A stretch of 64,000 bases of DNA, taken from assembly GCA_963726435.1 (NCBI GenBank), contig CAVSCJ010000006.1, forward strand, positions 124,664 to 188,663, written 5' to 3'. Position 1 is the first letter of the stretch. Each line of letters opens with the position of its first letter. The position numbers and the translations under genes are program-made. Origin of the DNA: an uncultured Coriobacteriia bacterium. Lineage in GTDB: Bacteria; Actinomycetota; Coriobacteriia; Anaerosomatales; PALSA-660. The notes under the pieces are model-generated. The model was not told the DNA's origin. It did not search any database and was given only the letters and a program-made list of their open reading frames with translations. Below, in pieces: positions 63,589 to 64,000 of the stretch.

Positions 63589-64000
63589 GTGCAGTCCCGC
63601 GAGCGCATGGACAAGCGCGTGACCAACAAGCTGGCGCTCGGCGTGATCTGGCTGACCGCCATAGCCACCGTGGGAGCACTCGGTACCATCCTGCTGTACG
63701 TGATCGTCAACGGGATCGGGCAACTGACCCCCGCGTTCATATTCACGTGGCCGCACGGCGTCAATATGGAGGGCGGCATATGGCCGACCATCCAGGCGAC
63801 CGTCTACGTCACCGCACTCGCGATGCTCATCACCACGCCGATCGCGGTCCTTGCTGCGGTGTACCTGGCCGAATACGCGGTGCAGGGTCGCCTCGTATCC
63901 ACGATCCGGTTCGCCGCCGACTCGCTGGCGAGCGTGCCCTCGATCGTCATGGGGCTCTTCGGGGTCGCGGCGTTCGTCGAGGGGATCGGGATGCCATTCT
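63589..64000 (+). CDS. pstA: Phosphate ABC transporter permease PstA, N-terminal part (3' end outside the window)
   Basis: GTG 63589 (or ATG 63607). The frame is open to the window edge. The translation ...GIWPTIQATVYVTALAMLITTPIAVLAAVYLAEYA... follows pstC. Confidence 0.85.
   Translation, partial: MQSRERMDKRVTNKLALGVIWLTAIATVGALGTILLYVIVNGIGQLTPAFIFTWPHGVNMEGGIWPTIQATVYVTALAMLITTPIAVLAAVYLAEYAVQGRLVSTIRFAADSLASVPSIVMGLFGVAAFVEGIGMPF

Noticed and set aside
1-64000. Window-wide search for CRISPR arrays, tandem repeats, transposases, integrases other than xerD, toxin-antitoxin pairs or defence-island genes.
   Set aside because: None seen. The only repeats are the pilin duplication with its flanking ~60-nt repeat, and GC-rich hairpins at gene ends.

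Overview
GC-rich chromosomal segment with Gram-positive, Actinomycetota-like core synteny. Almost all of it is housekeeping.

Gene order:
- Type IV pilus cluster: pilT (partial), pilC, pilin 1, pilD, pilin 2, pilM, pilN, pilO, PilP-like.
- Shikimate operon: aroC, aroK, aroB, then aroQ fused to pepQ.
- efp, then a two-subunit biotin carboxylase (carboxyltransferase-BCCP fusion plus biotin carboxylase).
- asp23, nusB, xseB, dxs, tlyA, nadK, recN, steA, and an mctB/steB-like gene.
- A 6-kb envelope-glycan module: GT2 and murJ on the minus strand, then a 775-aa membrane protein and a WecA/MraY-like transferase on the plus strand.
- pyrG, M20 peptidase, DUF3866, ald, xerD, and a BMP-family ABC importer.
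- On the minus strand, a DUF4349 lipoprotein and a 46-aa membrane peptide.
- A complete dcw cluster: mraZ, rsmH, ftsL-like, ftsI, murE, murF, mraY, murD, ftsW, murG, murC, murB, ftsQ, an L,D-transpeptidase, ftsZ.
- pgeF, pstS, pstC, pstA (partial).

I saw no rRNA, tRNA, CRISPR array, transposase, phage gene or recognisable defence gene. I did not find a convincing new multi-gene system.

The most unusual signals are:
1. Two paralogous pilin genes, both frame-disrupted. The second is bracketed by a ~60-nt direct repeat carrying a conserved hairpin.
2. The envelope module intercalated into the otherwise conserved steA/steB-pyrG synteny. It includes an unclassifiable 775-aa protein and a phosphotransferase with a variant central motif.
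3. A translationally coupled M20 peptidase-DUF3866 pair next to ald.
4. Several frame breaks in essential or conserved genes (pilD, ftsW, pgeF, probably xerD). These most likely reflect consensus or assembly indels and need read-level checking.

Many long ORFs on the track are antisense or off-frame artefacts of the high GC content and were rejected.
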